DNA of 64,000 nt, from the NCBI GenBank assembly GCA_965279265.1, contig OZ257152.1, positions 3,401,592 to 3,465,591 on the forward strand, in the 5' to 3' direction. The notes beneath the pieces were generated by a model. It was not told the origin of the DNA. It worked only from the letters and a program-made list of their open reading frames with translations, and searched no databases. The first letter of the stretch is position 1, and each line of letters opens with the position of its first letter. A program made the position numbers and the translations under genes. Below, piece by piece: positions 45,794-56,720 of the stretch. Source of the DNA: Dyadobacter sp. Its GTDB lineage: Bacteria; Bacteroidota; Bacteroidia; Cytophagales; Spirosomataceae.

Positions 45794-48700
45794 TCAGAAA
45801 AGTAAAGGAAGCACGAAACGCACCTTGGTTTCCAGTTCAGTTTCGCTGATCGTAACGGCTGTTTTCATATTGTGCAAATCACCGAAAGAAGCGATCCTTT
45901 TCACTGTTTCGTCCATGCCCATGGATTTGTGAAAACCAGTCTTTCCGTCGTTAAACCTGAAACCATTGCCATTGTCGGAGATTTCAACCAGCAATTTCTT
46001 TTTATCTGCTTTGAGCGAGATCTTGAGGAAGCCCTTTTCACTTTTAGGATTTCGGAGGCCGTGTTCAATGGCATTTTCAATAAATGATTGCAGCAGGAGC
46101 GGAGGAATTTGATTCCGGTTTTCAATTAATGCCGGATCCACGTCAAATTCTGTAACAAACAAATTTCCGTAACGCTCTTCTTCCAGCCTGGTAAAAAGCC
46201 GAAGTGTTTCAAGATCATCTTCAATTGAGATTAGCTCGTACTTGCTGTTCTCCAACATTTTCCGCATCATTCTTGAAAATATCTGCAGGAAATTTGAAGC
46301 ATCTTTTCGTTTGTTGATTAAAATGTACGCGTCGACCGAATTCAGGCTATTGTATATAATCTGGGGACTGATCTGCGCCCGCAGCGACAACATTTCTGCC
46401 TCCGAACGGATTCTTTGAATCTCGGCCTTTTGCCTTTCCTCTTCCCTGATCCTGGCTGCACGATTGCGAAAAGCAATGTAAATGACCCCTGCGATCGCCA
46501 GGGATATCAGCGATCGGAACCACCAGGTCTGCCAGTAGGGAGGGTTGATGTGTATTTCCAGATTTGTTTCTAAAGGATTTTCGATGCCGTCGTCATTTGC
46601 GCCCCGCACGCTGAAAACGTAATTCCCGGGAGGTAAATTGGTGTATTTTGCAACGTGCTGATAGCCTGCTTTAACCCAGTTTTCCTGGATTCCTTCCAGT
46701 TTGTACTGATAAGTATTTTTTTCAGAATTGGAGAGGTTGAATGCCGAGAATTCAATTGAAATGAAGTTCTGATCGTATGGCAGCTTTATTGATTTCAGAT
46801 AAGGTGTTGCGATGCTATCCTTAAACACTTCGTCCATCACCTCGATAGCTGTAATTTTTACAGGTGGTACAAATGAATTTGTAACTATGTCGGCCGGATT
46901 GAAATAGCTGATTCCTTTCACACCCCCGAAATAGAGCAATCCGGCACTGTCGGCGAGCGCGCAATTGGTGTTGAATTCGTTACTCTGTAAACCGTCAGAA
47001 GCGGTGTACGTTTTAAAGCTTTTTTTAATTGGATTGTAATGGGTAATCCCGTTATTGGTTGACAACCAATAGCTGCCGCTGCGGTCCTTTAAAATGGCAT
47101 AAACCACATTATTCGGCAATCCGTTTGATTCTGTAAAGTGACTGGAAACTCCATTTTTTTTATTGAGAACAAAAGCGCCGCAGTCGGTTCCGATCCAAAA
47201 GCTTTTTTCGTCTTCGAAGACGGACCTGATATTGGCACAATCAATTCCTTTTTTTTGATCCAGATGAGAGACTATTTTTGTTTTTTTTGAATATTTAAAC
47301 AATCCGTGGCCAATGGTCCCGATCCAGATATTGGTTTCGGAATCTTCAAAAATTAACCTGATCACATATTTTGAAATGGCTTTAATCTGCGGCAAATCGC
47401 CCCAGGTTTTCCATTTGTTTTCTTTCGTGTCAAAACGGTGCAGTCCCCGTTGGCCGCCTGTCCATACTTCATTTTGGCCTCTGATTGCCTGGGCAGCAAA
47501 TAAATAAACCAGGCCCGGTTCTTCCTTTTCCGTGAAAGATTCAAAACGTTGCGTTTTTGTATCAAATCTGCACAATCCTTTTCCGGTGGCCACCCATAAT
47601 TTCCCCGCGTCGTCGGCAGATATATCATAAACCTCGTTATGCAGCAAGCTGGTGGGGTTTCCGGGGATGTTTTTGTAAGTCTTGAATTCTCTTTTGTTAG
47701 GATCATAGGTGGTAATTCCGCCAGACTGCGTGCCGATGTATAAATAATGCTGATGTTGGAAAATTTTAAAAACCATGTTGTCGGAGAGAGATTCTGCTAG
47801 ATTCGGTTCATTTTTCCGAATCAGGTTAAACTGGTATTTTCGAGGGTCGTACTTGTCAAAACCACCGCCACTTAATCCAACCCAGACATTCTTTTGCCGG
47901 TCCTCCGAAAAAGAAAGTACGAAGTTTTCAGCCAGGCTGTTTATTTTATTTTCCGCGTGTAAAGCTTGTTTGAAGTGCTGATTGTCAGGGTTATAAACTG
48001 ATATTCCGCCAGTTCTTGTTCCGATCCAGATCTGATTTTTGGAATCTTCCATTAACCGTGTGATCTCGTTGCTGCTGATGTTTTGAGGGGAGTTACCCTT
48101 TACGATGTGTCGGCTCACATTTAATATTTTTCCATTTTGCTGCAACGTAAAAAGACCATTTTCATAGGTGCCGACCCAGAGCTGATTCAGATGATCGGAA
48201 AGGATCGCGCGTATGATTGCGTTTTCATTCAGGCCAAGTATTGATTTGATGCGAAGTGCTGAAAAACTTTTTTTATCGGCGTCGAGCCGGAATACATCTT
48301 CGTCCGTCGCGACAAAAATACTTCCATTGGCACCCTCCGAAATGTCAATTAATTTATTTGAAAAATCAGGGAAGCTTTGGGTAGTTTTGTTTTTGAAATT
48401 GTAATGAAAAGCCCCGTCCTTATCGGTTAAGATCCAGATATTTCCTGACTTGTCGCGTTGGAGTTGCCTGACAGAAGCAGTTTGCAGCGGATGTTCGTGA
48501 CCGATAAATTTTTCAAATGTGAGAAAACCATCCGTTTTCGGGTCATAAATTGCGAGTCCACGACTGGTTCCACCCACAGATGACCATGGAGGTCATTCAG
48601 TAACGCGGCAACAAAATTTGAGACAGGAAGATTTTTGTAAATCTTAAATCCATAACCGTCAAACCGATTCAGGCCATCCTGAGTACCAAGCCATACAAAA

Positions 48701-48879
48701 TCATCGAACTGAACGGAGGTATAACCACTTCCCTGCGAAAGTCCGTTTTCCTGTGCGTAATGTTCGAAATAGTAGGGTTTGGGATTTTGACCGAAGGCCT
48801 GATTTTTCGTCAACAAGCTTAACATGAGGAAAATACCCATGCATGTGAATGAAGTATGCCTGCGAGTGAAACAAATCAT
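45794..48879 (-). pseudogene. Two-component-regulator-propeller / Y_Y_Y / LytS-type histidine kinase, disrupted by a 1-nt frameshift near 48568-48577
   Basis: The 150-aa ORF (48427-48879) and the 927-aa ORF (45794-48577) read as one protein if a G is added in the run CTGTGGGTGGAACC, giving '...HGHLWVGTSRGLAIYD'. Propeller repeats of type 'WIGT..GG', the Y_Y_Y motif 'YQYKLEGIQENW' and the HATPase motif 'ISDNGNGF' are present. Confidence 0.75.
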
Positions 48880-49197
48880 GACGATGTTGGTTCGACAAAT
48901 TAAATGATCAGAAGTGCTTATTTGGCATTCCTTAGCGGGTTGTACTGCAAATAACGGTTTTATTTTTATATAATTTTATAGTAAAACTACCCGATTTTAC
49001 CTGTCATTTTGAAAGATTATTTTTCTGTTGAGATAACCGCATTTCACTGCAATAATGACAAAATAACGAAGTCGCAACGCATAGGAGGGGTCGTCAATGC
49101 TTCGCAACAAATGCTGAGCGTGTTATATTTCGTAGCGGCAACGGAAACCCAGCGAAACTTTTACCTATATACGTAATCTGGTGAGCGGCCGGACTGG

Positions 49198-49959
49198 TTA
49201 TTGAAATGTCATAAAAAGAGAACTGCCAAAAGGGGATCTGGGGAGCAATTTTTCTTCGACTTTGAGGATTTTTAGTAGCAGATTATTGATAGTATCGCCG
49301 GGATAACTCACATCGGACTCTGTATGTTCAGTGGTTATTCCGTCTTTTTTGATCTTGTATCGTTGCCATTGGCGAACCGCCAAAATTGGCAAAGAAAGTG
49401 CAAATGGCCAGTAGGTATTGTGGGTTATTTTCAAATCCGATGAAAATGCGTAGCCAAAAAAATCTTTTAATTCGAACCTGCGCGAACTGCCAACTGCTAT
49501 ATCGTGCGTGCCTGAAAAGGCTTCAAAAGCGTGGATATTGACAATAACAAGGCCGTTTGGATTCAATCGCTTGCGAAAGCTTTTCAATGCGGATATGATT
49601 TCAGCATCCGTTAAAAAATACAGCGCGTCGTTGCAGATAATTACGTCAAATTTTTCCGTGGGACGGAAGGAGTCGACGTTGCGCAAATCTCCGAAGCTTA
49701 CATCCAGGTTCCGTTCCGCGGATAAAGAAATGGCATGCTCCGAATAGTCGAAGCCGGTAAGATTTTGATAGCCTTTTTCTCTCAGAAATGTCAGCAAACC
49801 ACCCGTTCCGCAAGCTGCATCCAGAATACGCACTTCCGGTTTGAAGCCTGAAAAGTGTTTGGTTAGCTGCGACAATACTTTTCCGTGGAGCGTTTTGTAC
49901 CACCATAATTTTTGCTCGACCTCAAACATGCGCTGAAACTCCTTCCGGTTGTTGATCAT
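49198..49959 (-). CDS. Class I SAM-dependent methyltransferase
   Basis: The 'ILDAACGTGGL' motif I is present. There is a 4-bp start/stop overlap with the upstream GT2 gene. Confidence 0.75.
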   Translation of the reverse strand: MINNRKEFQRMFEVEQKLWWYKTLHGKVLSQLTKHFSGFKPEVRILDAACGTGGLLTFLREKGYQNLTGFDYSEHAISLSAERNLDVSFGDLRNVDSFRPTEKFDVIICNDALYFLTDAEIISALKSFRKRLNPNGLVIVNIHAFEAFSGTHDIAVGSSRRFELKDFFGYAFSSDLKITHNTYWPFALSLPILAVRQWQRYKIKKDGITTEHTESDVSYPGDTINNLLLKILKVEEKLLPRSPFGSSLFMTFQ

Positions 49960-50873
49960 GATTCGGAGCTGTTATACTTGATTACGTATTGAGGCTGCCC
50001 GCTTTGTGCCATAAAACTTTTCCCAATGTACTCGCCCAAAACGCTGAGTAATGTGCATTGGATACCGCCGATAAACATGATCGCAGCGGTCATAACCTGC
50101 CATCCTTTCGGATCAGGGCCAATGATCCACTGAACGAACATCAGTAACAACAATGCAAAACCGGTTGCAAACAGGCCAAGCCCAATTGGCATAAACAGAC
50201 GTATAGGCAACGAAGAATAGCAGAATAATATATTGAGAAACAATGAAATCAGTTTCCGCCAGGTGTAATTGGACATTCCTTCCTTTCTTTTCAGGTGTGC
50301 CACCTGAACCGTACCGATGTTTCTCGTAATCCGGAAAATCAGTCCGTCTATATATGGATAAGGTCCCTGGTATTTGATGATCTCCTTAACGACCTCCATT
50401 CGGATCAGTTTAAAACTTGACAGATATAAGTCTTTTGGTTTATTCAAAAGATAACTTGTGATCCAGTTCACGAATTTACTTCCCGCATTCCGGTACAGCG
50501 CGTGCTCTTTTTTGCTGTAATAAGTATAGACAACATCATAAGCACCGGTTTCAGCGATGGCCATGAGTTTTAAAATTTCTTCCGGGGGATTTTGGAAGTC
50601 ATCATCAATCATCACACAGTAGTCTCCCTTCGCCCAGTTGAGACCGCACATGACAGCATTAAATTCTCCGTAATTTCTTCTAAGCGAGATGAAACGTACA
50701 TTTTCGTGTAATGCAGCCAACTCTTTACAAATCTTCTCGGACTGGTCCGGGCTGCAATCATTGACCAGAATAATCTCAAAATCAATGGAAGAAAGTGCAA
50801 GCCACAACCGTTCCACGAGCAGGGCGATCGTATGTTGGCTGTTGTAAACAGGTATGATAACGGATAACTTCAT
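49956..50873 (-). CDS. Family 2 glycosyltransferase, polyprenyl-phosphate glycosyltransferase-like (ArnC/GtrB/DPM1 type)
   Basis: '[12 protein letters not shown]', 'ILVNDCSPD' and '[12 protein letters not shown]' are present, with two C-terminal TM helices. There is a 4-bp overlap with the aminotransferase gene. Confidence 0.8.
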   Translation of the reverse strand: MKLSVIIPVYNSQHTIALLVERLWLALSSIDFEIILVNDCSPDQSEKICKELAALHENVRFISLRRNYGEFNAVMCGLNWAKGDYCVMIDDDFQNPPEEILKLMAIAETGAYDVVYTYYSKKEHALYRNAGSKFVNWITSYLLNKPKDLYLSSFKLIRMEVVKEIIKYQGPYPYIDGLIFRITRNIGTVQVAHLKRKEGMSNYTWRKLISLFLNILFCYSSLPIRLFMPIGLGLFATGFALLLLMFVQWIIGPDPKGWQVMTAAIMFIGGIQCTLLSVLGEYIGKSFMAQSGQPQYVIKYNSSES

Positions 50874-51967
50874 TTTTTTACCTCAAATTGATTGACTGCA
50901 CGAATAATAAATGAAACGTCCTCGTCAGAAAGTACCGGATTCAAAGGTAAGCTAATTACCTGATTATGAATTTGCTCCGTAATTGGCAAATGCAGGTCGT
51001 TCAGATGGGCAAAGGCCTTTTGTTTGTGAATGGGCAACGGATAATGCACGTTTGTCTGCACGCCTGATTTTTCCAGAAAGTCAATAAGGTCGGCGCGGTT
51101 TGGATGCCTTACCACAAAAAGGTGCCAAACGTCCTCATCGATACGGTCGTCCGGTGGCAAAACAAGTTCCGCCAAATTGATTTCGGTCAAATATCGCCTG
51201 GCAATTGTACGTCGTCTCTTGTTTTCAGCATCCAAAAAAGGCAACTTCACCGACAGTATAGCGGCCTGTATTTCGTCAAGTCTGCTGTTTACACCCTTAT
51301 AATCGTTTTTGTATTTTTCCAGCGAGCCGTAGTTTCTCAGATAGCGGAGTTTGTCCGCCAGTTGATCGTCCGAGGTGGTAATGGCGCCGGCATCGCCGAG
51401 TGCGCCGAGGTTTTTGGTCGGGTAAAAACTGAAAGCGGTGGCATCGGCAATACTACCGGTTTTTTGTCCTGCGTAAATAGCTCCGTGCGCCTGCGCTGCA
51501 TCGGTGACCACTTTGAGGTCATATTTTTTGGCCAGGTCCAGAATCGGACCCATCTCACAGCTTCTTCCGTATAAATCGGCAGTCAGAATTGCCCTTGTAC
51601 GGGGTGTAATTTCAGCCTCAATTTTCGTTGGGTCAAGCAGCATCGAAACTGGATCCGGTTCGACCATTACCAATTTAAAACCAAGAAAATTTACAGGTAA
51701 AACTGTGGCTATGTATGTGTTTGCGGGAACAATGATTTCGCTTCCCTCAGGAAATTCGAACGCCATGATGATCAGGGAAATTGCATCCAATCCATTAGCA
51801 ACGCCCACACAATGCTTCGCATCACAATATTCGGCAAAGGCGCTTTCGAATTTTTTAAGCTCTGTTCCCAGAATGTACCATCCCGAATTCACCACACGAA
51901 GTGTAGCTTCTTCAATAGCAGCTAAATGCGGCTTGTTGATTTGATTTAAGTCAAGAAATGGAATCAT
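50870..51967 (-). CDS. DegT/DnrJ/EryC1/StrS family sugar aminotransferase
   Basis: '[24 protein letters not shown]', 'DAAQAHGA' and '[15 protein letters not shown]' (PLP lysine region) are present. Confidence 0.9.
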   Translation of the reverse strand: MIPFLDLNQINKPHLAAIEEATLRVVNSGWYILGTELKKFESAFAEYCDAKHCVGVANGLDAISLIIMAFEFPEGSEIIVPANTYIATVLPVNFLGFKLVMVEPDPVSMLLDPTKIEAEITPRTRAILTADLYGRSCEMGPILDLAKKYDLKVVTDAAQAHGAIYAGQKTGSIADATAFSFYPTKNLGALGDAGAITTSDDQLADKLRYLRNYGSLEKYKNDYKGVNSRLDEIQAAILSVKLPFLDAENKRRRTIARRYLTEINLAELVLPPDDRIDEDVWHLFVVRHPNRADLIDFLEKSGVQTNVHYPLPIHKQKAFAHLNDLHLPITEQIHNQVISLPLNPVLSDEDVSFIIRAVNQFEVKK

Positions 51968-52350
51968 ACTGATAATTTCTGCTGAGCAAGATATGGCTCA
52001 TCAATATAATCGGATTGGTCATAGAATTCATTCGAAAGTACGAGAAGAATCGCATCAGGCGAAAATGTATCCATAATATGCCAGTCTTTTGGTTCAAGGA
52101 CCAGGCAGGTTTTGGGATTATCCAAAACGAATGTATCTTCTTTTTCCCCGTCGTTTGAGTAAACCCGGCAGCTGCCATGGAGGCAAATCAGTGCATTCCA
52201 TGATTTGTGGTGCCTGTGACCGCCCCTTTGTGAATGGCTCGTACCGTATATGTAGAAAACCCGTTTGATATTCCCTGGAATAATCTTTTCAAACACGGTC
52301 AGATTTCCGGCATCGGAGTGGAATGTATCTAACTCAATAATTTGGGGCAT
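51964..52350 (-). CDS. Sugar 3,4-ketoisomerase (FdtA/WxcM-like cupin)
   Basis: The ~128-aa cupin shows '[34 protein letters not shown]'. It is the first gene of an operon with overlapping stop and start codons. Confidence 0.75.
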   Translation of the reverse strand: MPQIIELDTFHSDAGNLTVFEKIIPGNIKRVFYIYGTSHSQRGGHRHHKSWNALICLHGSCRVYSNDGEKEDTFVLDNPKTCLVLEPKDWHIMDTFSPDAILLVLSNEFYDQSDYIDEPYLAQQKLSV

Positions 52351-52729
52351 AAAAATTTATCAACGTTAGGGATGTAGTGAGCAGTTTTTATCAATATACG
52401 GCGGAAGTGTTGATAAAGTGCCTCCGAAAATTAAATATTTTTTATAATAATTCAGGAGTAATAGAATTCTCTCTATGTTTTATTTTTTTAAAAGTGATGC
52501 TGTAACTCACAGGTTAAGAAAATTATCTGATTCACAGTCTGATTTTCAATCATATTATTCCCTTCTGATCATGTCCAGTATCAGGTTGAAATGTTAAGTG
52601 TCATTCAGCTTTTGGAGTTACATTTTTGCGTTGCAACTGTTTGGTCGCCAATCAACCCGAAATACAACCATTCATCATTACTACGAATAAATTTCTGCCT
52701 AGTACCTTGCATCACAAAGTACCTGTGTA

Positions 52730-52737
52730 TACCTTTG
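52730..52737 (+). promoter_or_regulatory. -7 promoter box (TAnnTTTG) upstream of padR
   Basis: TACCTTTG lies about 70 nt upstream of the ATG at 52808. Confidence 0.35.
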
Positions 52738-52807
52738 TTGTGTAGAAAGTGAGAATCTTATCTATTAGCCATGAACTTATTTCATTTTAAAAACACATGA
52801 AACCCGT

Positions 52808-53173
52808 ATGAATATCGAAAATGCCCAAGTGCAGATGCGGAAAGGAATTTTGGAATTCTGTATCCTGCACATCATATCCCGGGGCGAGGTTTACGCTTCA
52901 GATATGCTGGATGAACTTACATCAGCCAGGATAATGGTGGTGGAAGGCACGCTTTATCCGCTTTTGACAAGACTAAAAAATTCAGGCTGGCTCGACTATA
53001 AATGGGTGGAGTCTTCTTCCGGGCCTCCAAGAAAATATTATGTGTTGACCGAGGAGGGGAAAATATTTCTGGATGCAATGCAGGCAACCTGGTTCGAACT
53101 GGCAGACTCCGTGCAAACGGTCATCAACCGGTCGGGGGAACTTAGTAAAGCCGCAGACTCAAAAAATTCCTGA
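52808..53173 (+). CDS. PadR family transcriptional regulator
   Basis: 'LEFCILHIISRGEVYASDMLDEL...GTLYPLLTRLKNSGWL...RKYYVLTEEG' is a winged-helix PadR signature. Confidence 0.9.
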   Translation: MNIENAQVQMRKGILEFCILHIISRGEVYASDMLDELTSARIMVVEGTLYPLLTRLKNSGWLDYKWVESSSGPPRKYYVLTEEGKIFLDAMQATWFELADSVQTVINRSGELSKAADSKNS

Positions 53174-53212
53174 CCCTAACTGATCAATTTAAGACCTTCG
53201 ATTATTACAATC

Positions 53213-55744
53213 ATGAAAAAAACAATCAGCATAAATATAGGTGGCATCATCTTTCATATTGAGGAGGACGGCTACGAAAAGCTTAAAGGCTACCTTTCGT
53301 CAATACAGAAATATTTTTCATCTTTTGCCGACAGCAAAGAGATACTCTCTGATATAGAAGGAAGAATTGCAGAACGCTTTTTGAATAAACAAAAAGTGGA
53401 AGCAAAACAGGTTATATCCCTTGCCGATGTAGATGAACTCATCGCAGCAATGGGAACCGTTGCCGATTTCGAAGCCATTGAGCAGGCAGAAGATATTTTG
53501 GCAGACCCGTTGGAATCCGCTACCGCTGCCGGGTTCACGCCTAAGGAAGAAACTGGATTTGACCAGCCAGCATATATCCCTGAAAATCCGTCTGTTGCGA
53601 ATGAAAAAACTTTTGTTCCCAGAAAACTGGTTCGCGATCTTAAAAGAAAACTTCTGGGTGGCGTGGCATCCGGGTTGGCGCACTATTTCACTATTGATCC
53701 TTTGTGGGTTCGGATCGCGTTTTTAGCCGCTGTTTTCAGTTTGCCTGCGGGAGCCGGGATGTGGGGTGCCGAAGATCTTTTTGGCCCTGTTGCGGGATTT
53801 AGTATTTTGGTTTACATCGCCATGTGGATCGCATTTCCGGGATCATCCACGCTTGAAGAAGATACCAAGATCAAGAAATTTTATCGTAATCCCGATCGCA
53901 AAGTGGTTGGCGGTGTTGCGGCAGGAGTTGCATCTTATTTCGGTGTAGATCTGGGCGTGGTTCGTTTTCTTTGGGTATTGTCCATCATGCTTTTCGGAAC
54001 CGGGTTCATTGTATACATCGTGTTGTGGATCATCGCCCCGTCGGCCAATACACTTACTGAAAAAATGGAAATGCAGGGAGAGCCAATTACGCTGTCAAAT
54101 ATTGAAACCAATATCAAACAAAGCCTGAATCTGGATGAGAAAACAGGTGAGGAACACGTGGTTACAAAGATTTTACTCTTTCCATTTCGCGCCATCGCAC
54201 TGGTGATCGGGGCGTTGGGGAAGTTGCTTAAAAGTCTTGGGCCGGTTGTGCGCATTCTCATAGGTGTAATCCTGATCGGGTTCTCAGTTGTAGCACTTTT
54301 TGGTCTTATCGTTGGCGGAAGTGTAGGTTTTGGATTGAGCAATTTTGTTCCCTGGGGAGATATTCCGCCGATGCTGATCATCCGTGAAGTTCCGTCGACA
54401 ATGATATTTTCCGCAGTATTGCTTTGTGCCATTCCTTTCGTAATCGTGCTCATCCTTGGCCTGACATTAATTGCCAATCGCCGTGTGGTAAGCGCAAGCG
54501 TTTGGCTTACACTTGCAGGTTTGTGGATCGTAGGGATTATCGGCTCCGCTATCACCGGAGGTATTTATCAAAAGAATTTTACCAAACGCGGCGAATTCAA
54601 GGTTACAGACACTTACGTTATTCCTGCCGGTACGCTGTTGCTCGATGAAGAAGATAACGATGATCTGGATGAATACCACTGGGAATCACATTTGTCATTG
54701 GAAGGTTATGCTGGAGACAGCATCCGCCTTGAAAAAGAATTTTCGGCCCGTGGCAAAGACAGGGATGATGCGAAAAGAAATGCGCAGGACATTACATACC
54801 GTGTCGTGCAAAAGGATTCGATACTTATTTTCGATGAGAATCCTGTTTTTGTAGAAAAGGGCAAGTTTCGTGACCAGAGACTGCGGATGACCCTCCAGAT
54901 TCCATACGAACGTCAGTTCGCAATGACCAGCTCTTTTTATCATGAAAAAATCAATCACTGGGATTACAATCATAAATATAATCTTAACGATGATGATGTG
55001 AATTGGGACAAACTGAGATGGGTGATGCGTCGCGATTCCGGACTGATTTGTGTCAATATCCCAGCCAAATTCATTGCTCACGATGATCGTGAAGAAGATA
55101 ATGACGACGGTGACTATGATTTTGATGATGATAACAGTGCCGTTGATATTGGAGAACGTGGAAATTTTATCAAACAATTTACAGTATCCGACTTCAAAAA
55201 AGTGAGTATCGGAGGTGCATATTCGATTGTGATACGCCAGGGAGCTGAGTTGAACGTTGCAGCTGATGGTAATGAGGATGATGTGGATGATCTGAAAATT
55301 TCAGTAGAAGACGGTGTTCTGAAAGTGAAGCGTACCGGTGATTTCAATCTTTTGGATTTCAAAGATCATGAACGCATTGGCCTGGTGATTACGATGCCTA
55401 CGATTGAAGGGCTGGATTTGTCGGGTGTCAACAAAACCCGTGTTGTTGGTTTTGCCAACCTGCAAAAATTGGACGTGGATATTTCGGGTGCTTCCAAAAC
55501 AGAGATTGATGTGCAGGCAGATCAACTGACTCTTGGGCTTTCGGGAGCTTCGAAAGCAACGCTGAAAGGATCTGCAAAATCTGCCAGAATAGATTTGACC
55601 GGTGCATGTAAACTGGATGCGGTTCAGATGAACATCCAGTCGGCGGAAGTTGACGCAACCGGAGCTTCCAAAGCAGATTTTGGAAGAATCGTGAATATCA
55701 GAAAAAGTACCAGCGGTGTAAGCAAAATAAATGTTCAGCCTTGA
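53213..55744 (+). CDS. PspC domain protein (two PspC domains, multiple TM helices) fused to a C-terminal GIN/DUF2807-like domain
   Basis: 'KLLGGVASGLAHYFTIDPLWVRIAF' and 'KVVGGVAAGVASYFGVDLGVVRFLW' are PspC motifs. The C-terminal 'DLSGVNK...DISGASK...LSGASK' repeats are paralogous to the next gene. Confidence 0.8.
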   Translation: MKKTISINIGGIIFHIEEDGYEKLKGYLSSIQKYFSSFADSKEILSDIEGRIAERFLNKQKVEAKQVISLADVDELIAAMGTVADFEAIEQAEDILADPLESATAAGFTPKEETGFDQPAYIPENPSVANEKTFVPRKLVRDLKRKLLGGVASGLAHYFTIDPLWVRIAFLAAVFSLPAGAGMWGAEDLFGPVAGFSILVYIAMWIAFPGSSTLEEDTKIKKFYRNPDRKVVGGVAAGVASYFGVDLGVVRFLWVLSIMLFGTGFIVYIVLWIIAPSANTLTEKMEMQGEPITLSNIETNIKQSLNLDEKTGEEHVVTKILLFPFRAIALVIGALGKLLKSLGPVVRILIGVILIGFSVVALFGLIVGGSVGFGLSNFVPWGDIPPMLIIREVPSTMIFSAVLLCAIPFVIVLILGLTLIANRRVVSASVWLTLAGLWIVGIIGSAITGGIYQKNFTKRGEFKVTDTYVIPAGTLLLDEEDNDDLDEYHWESHLSLEGYAGDSIRLEKEFSARGKDRDDAKRNAQDITYRVVQKDSILIFDENPVFVEKGKFRDQRLRMTLQIPYERQFAMTSSFYHEKINHWDYNHKYNLNDDDVNWDKLRWVMRRDSGLICVNIPAKFIAHDDREEDNDDGDYDFDDDNSAVDIGERGNFIKQFTVSDFKKVSIGGAYSIVIRQGAELNVAADGNEDDVDDLKISVEDGVLKVKRTGDFNLLDFKDHERIGLVITMPTIEGLDLSGVNKTRVVGFANLQKLDVDISGASKTEIDVQADQLTLGLSGASKATLKGSAKSARIDLTGACKLDAVQMNIQSAEVDATGASKADFGRIVNIRKSTSGVSKINVQP

Positions 55745-55818
55745 AAATTTGCAGTTATGCAACTTTTGAATCGTAAAGAACATCCTTATAAAAATTATAA
55801 ACGAACCTGTTCCTGATC

Positions 55819-56514
55819 ATGAAAAAAATATTCTTTTTCAGTATTGTTTGCCTCGTGGCTTCACTGACCCCATATTCCGTTCTTGCACAAAACACAAGAA
55901 ATTTTTCTGTCTCCGGATTTAACCGGCTTGATCTGGGAAGTGCCTTTAAAATTGACGTGAAGCAGGGAAGCAAGTACAGCGTCGTTGCCGAAGGGCGTAG
56001 TGAAGATCTTGATGAGCTTGAATCCAATGTTTCGGGCGGCGTTTTCAAATTGAAATATAAAAGCAACGGCTGGAACAAAAACCGTAAAACGGTAAATGTG
56101 AGTATCACAATGCCAAATCTTCAGGGGGTTGACTTTTCTGGTGCAAGCAAAGCCACAGTCGGTACCTTTACCGGGGTTAAAAACATGGATATTGAAGTTT
56201 CCGGTGCATCTTCGGTAACAATGGATTTCAACGCCTCCAAAGTTACTTTCGACCTTTCAGGAGCATCTGCACTAACACTTACCGGCCAGAGCGACATCAT
56301 CAACGGAGAAGTTTCGGGCGCATCGACTTTTAGAGGGAAAGATTTTCCTGCAAAAGAAGTAAGCATTGACGCTTCGGGTGCAAGCAGTGCATCCATTGTT
56401 GCCAGTTCCGTGATTCACGCAGAGGCCAGCGGGGCGAGCAGCATTCGCTATTCAGGCAACGTAAAAGACATCCATTCGAGCAGTTCCGGTGCCAGTTCAA
56501 TAAAGCGCCAGTAA
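55819..56514 (+). CDS. Head GIN domain (DUF2807) protein, secreted
   Basis: A signal peptide is present. Repeated 'xSGASxxxx' beta-helix-like units are seen ('DFSGASKATV', 'EVSGASSVTM', 'DLSGASALTL'). Confidence 0.7.
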   Translation: MKKIFFFSIVCLVASLTPYSVLAQNTRNFSVSGFNRLDLGSAFKIDVKQGSKYSVVAEGRSEDLDELESNVSGGVFKLKYKSNGWNKNRKTVNVSITMPNLQGVDFSGASKATVGTFTGVKNMDIEVSGASSVTMDFNASKVTFDLSGASALTLTGQSDIINGEVSGASTFRGKDFPAKEVSIDASGASSASIVASSVIHAEASGASSIRYSGNVKDIHSSSSGASSIKRQ

Positions 56515-56540
56515 CAGCCCAAAATATTTGCCAAAAAATG

Positions 56541-56566
56541 AGCCGGTTTATGCCGGCTTTTTTTTG
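56541..56566 (+). terminator. Rho-independent terminator after the PadR-PspC-GIN cluster
   Basis: The AGCCGG / CCGGCT stem is followed by a T8 run. Confidence 0.65.
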
Positions 56567-56720
56567 TGCCAAATATTTGCGGGAAGCCAACATTACATTA
56601 TAAATGATATATTTACCGACTGGTTACCTTTTCTATTATTTCCTTCGTTATTGAAAAATCGACTTCTTGCCAGGTTGTGAGAATCCATTTTAATAAACAT
56701 TTATTGCTTTTTTTGAGGAA

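Noticed and set aside
48427-48879. The 150-aa ORF as an independent small gene.
   Set aside because: Its sequence is the signal/TM segment plus the first propeller repeat of the downstream kinase, and it runs out of frame after a G-run. I treated it as the 5' fragment of a frameshifted gene.
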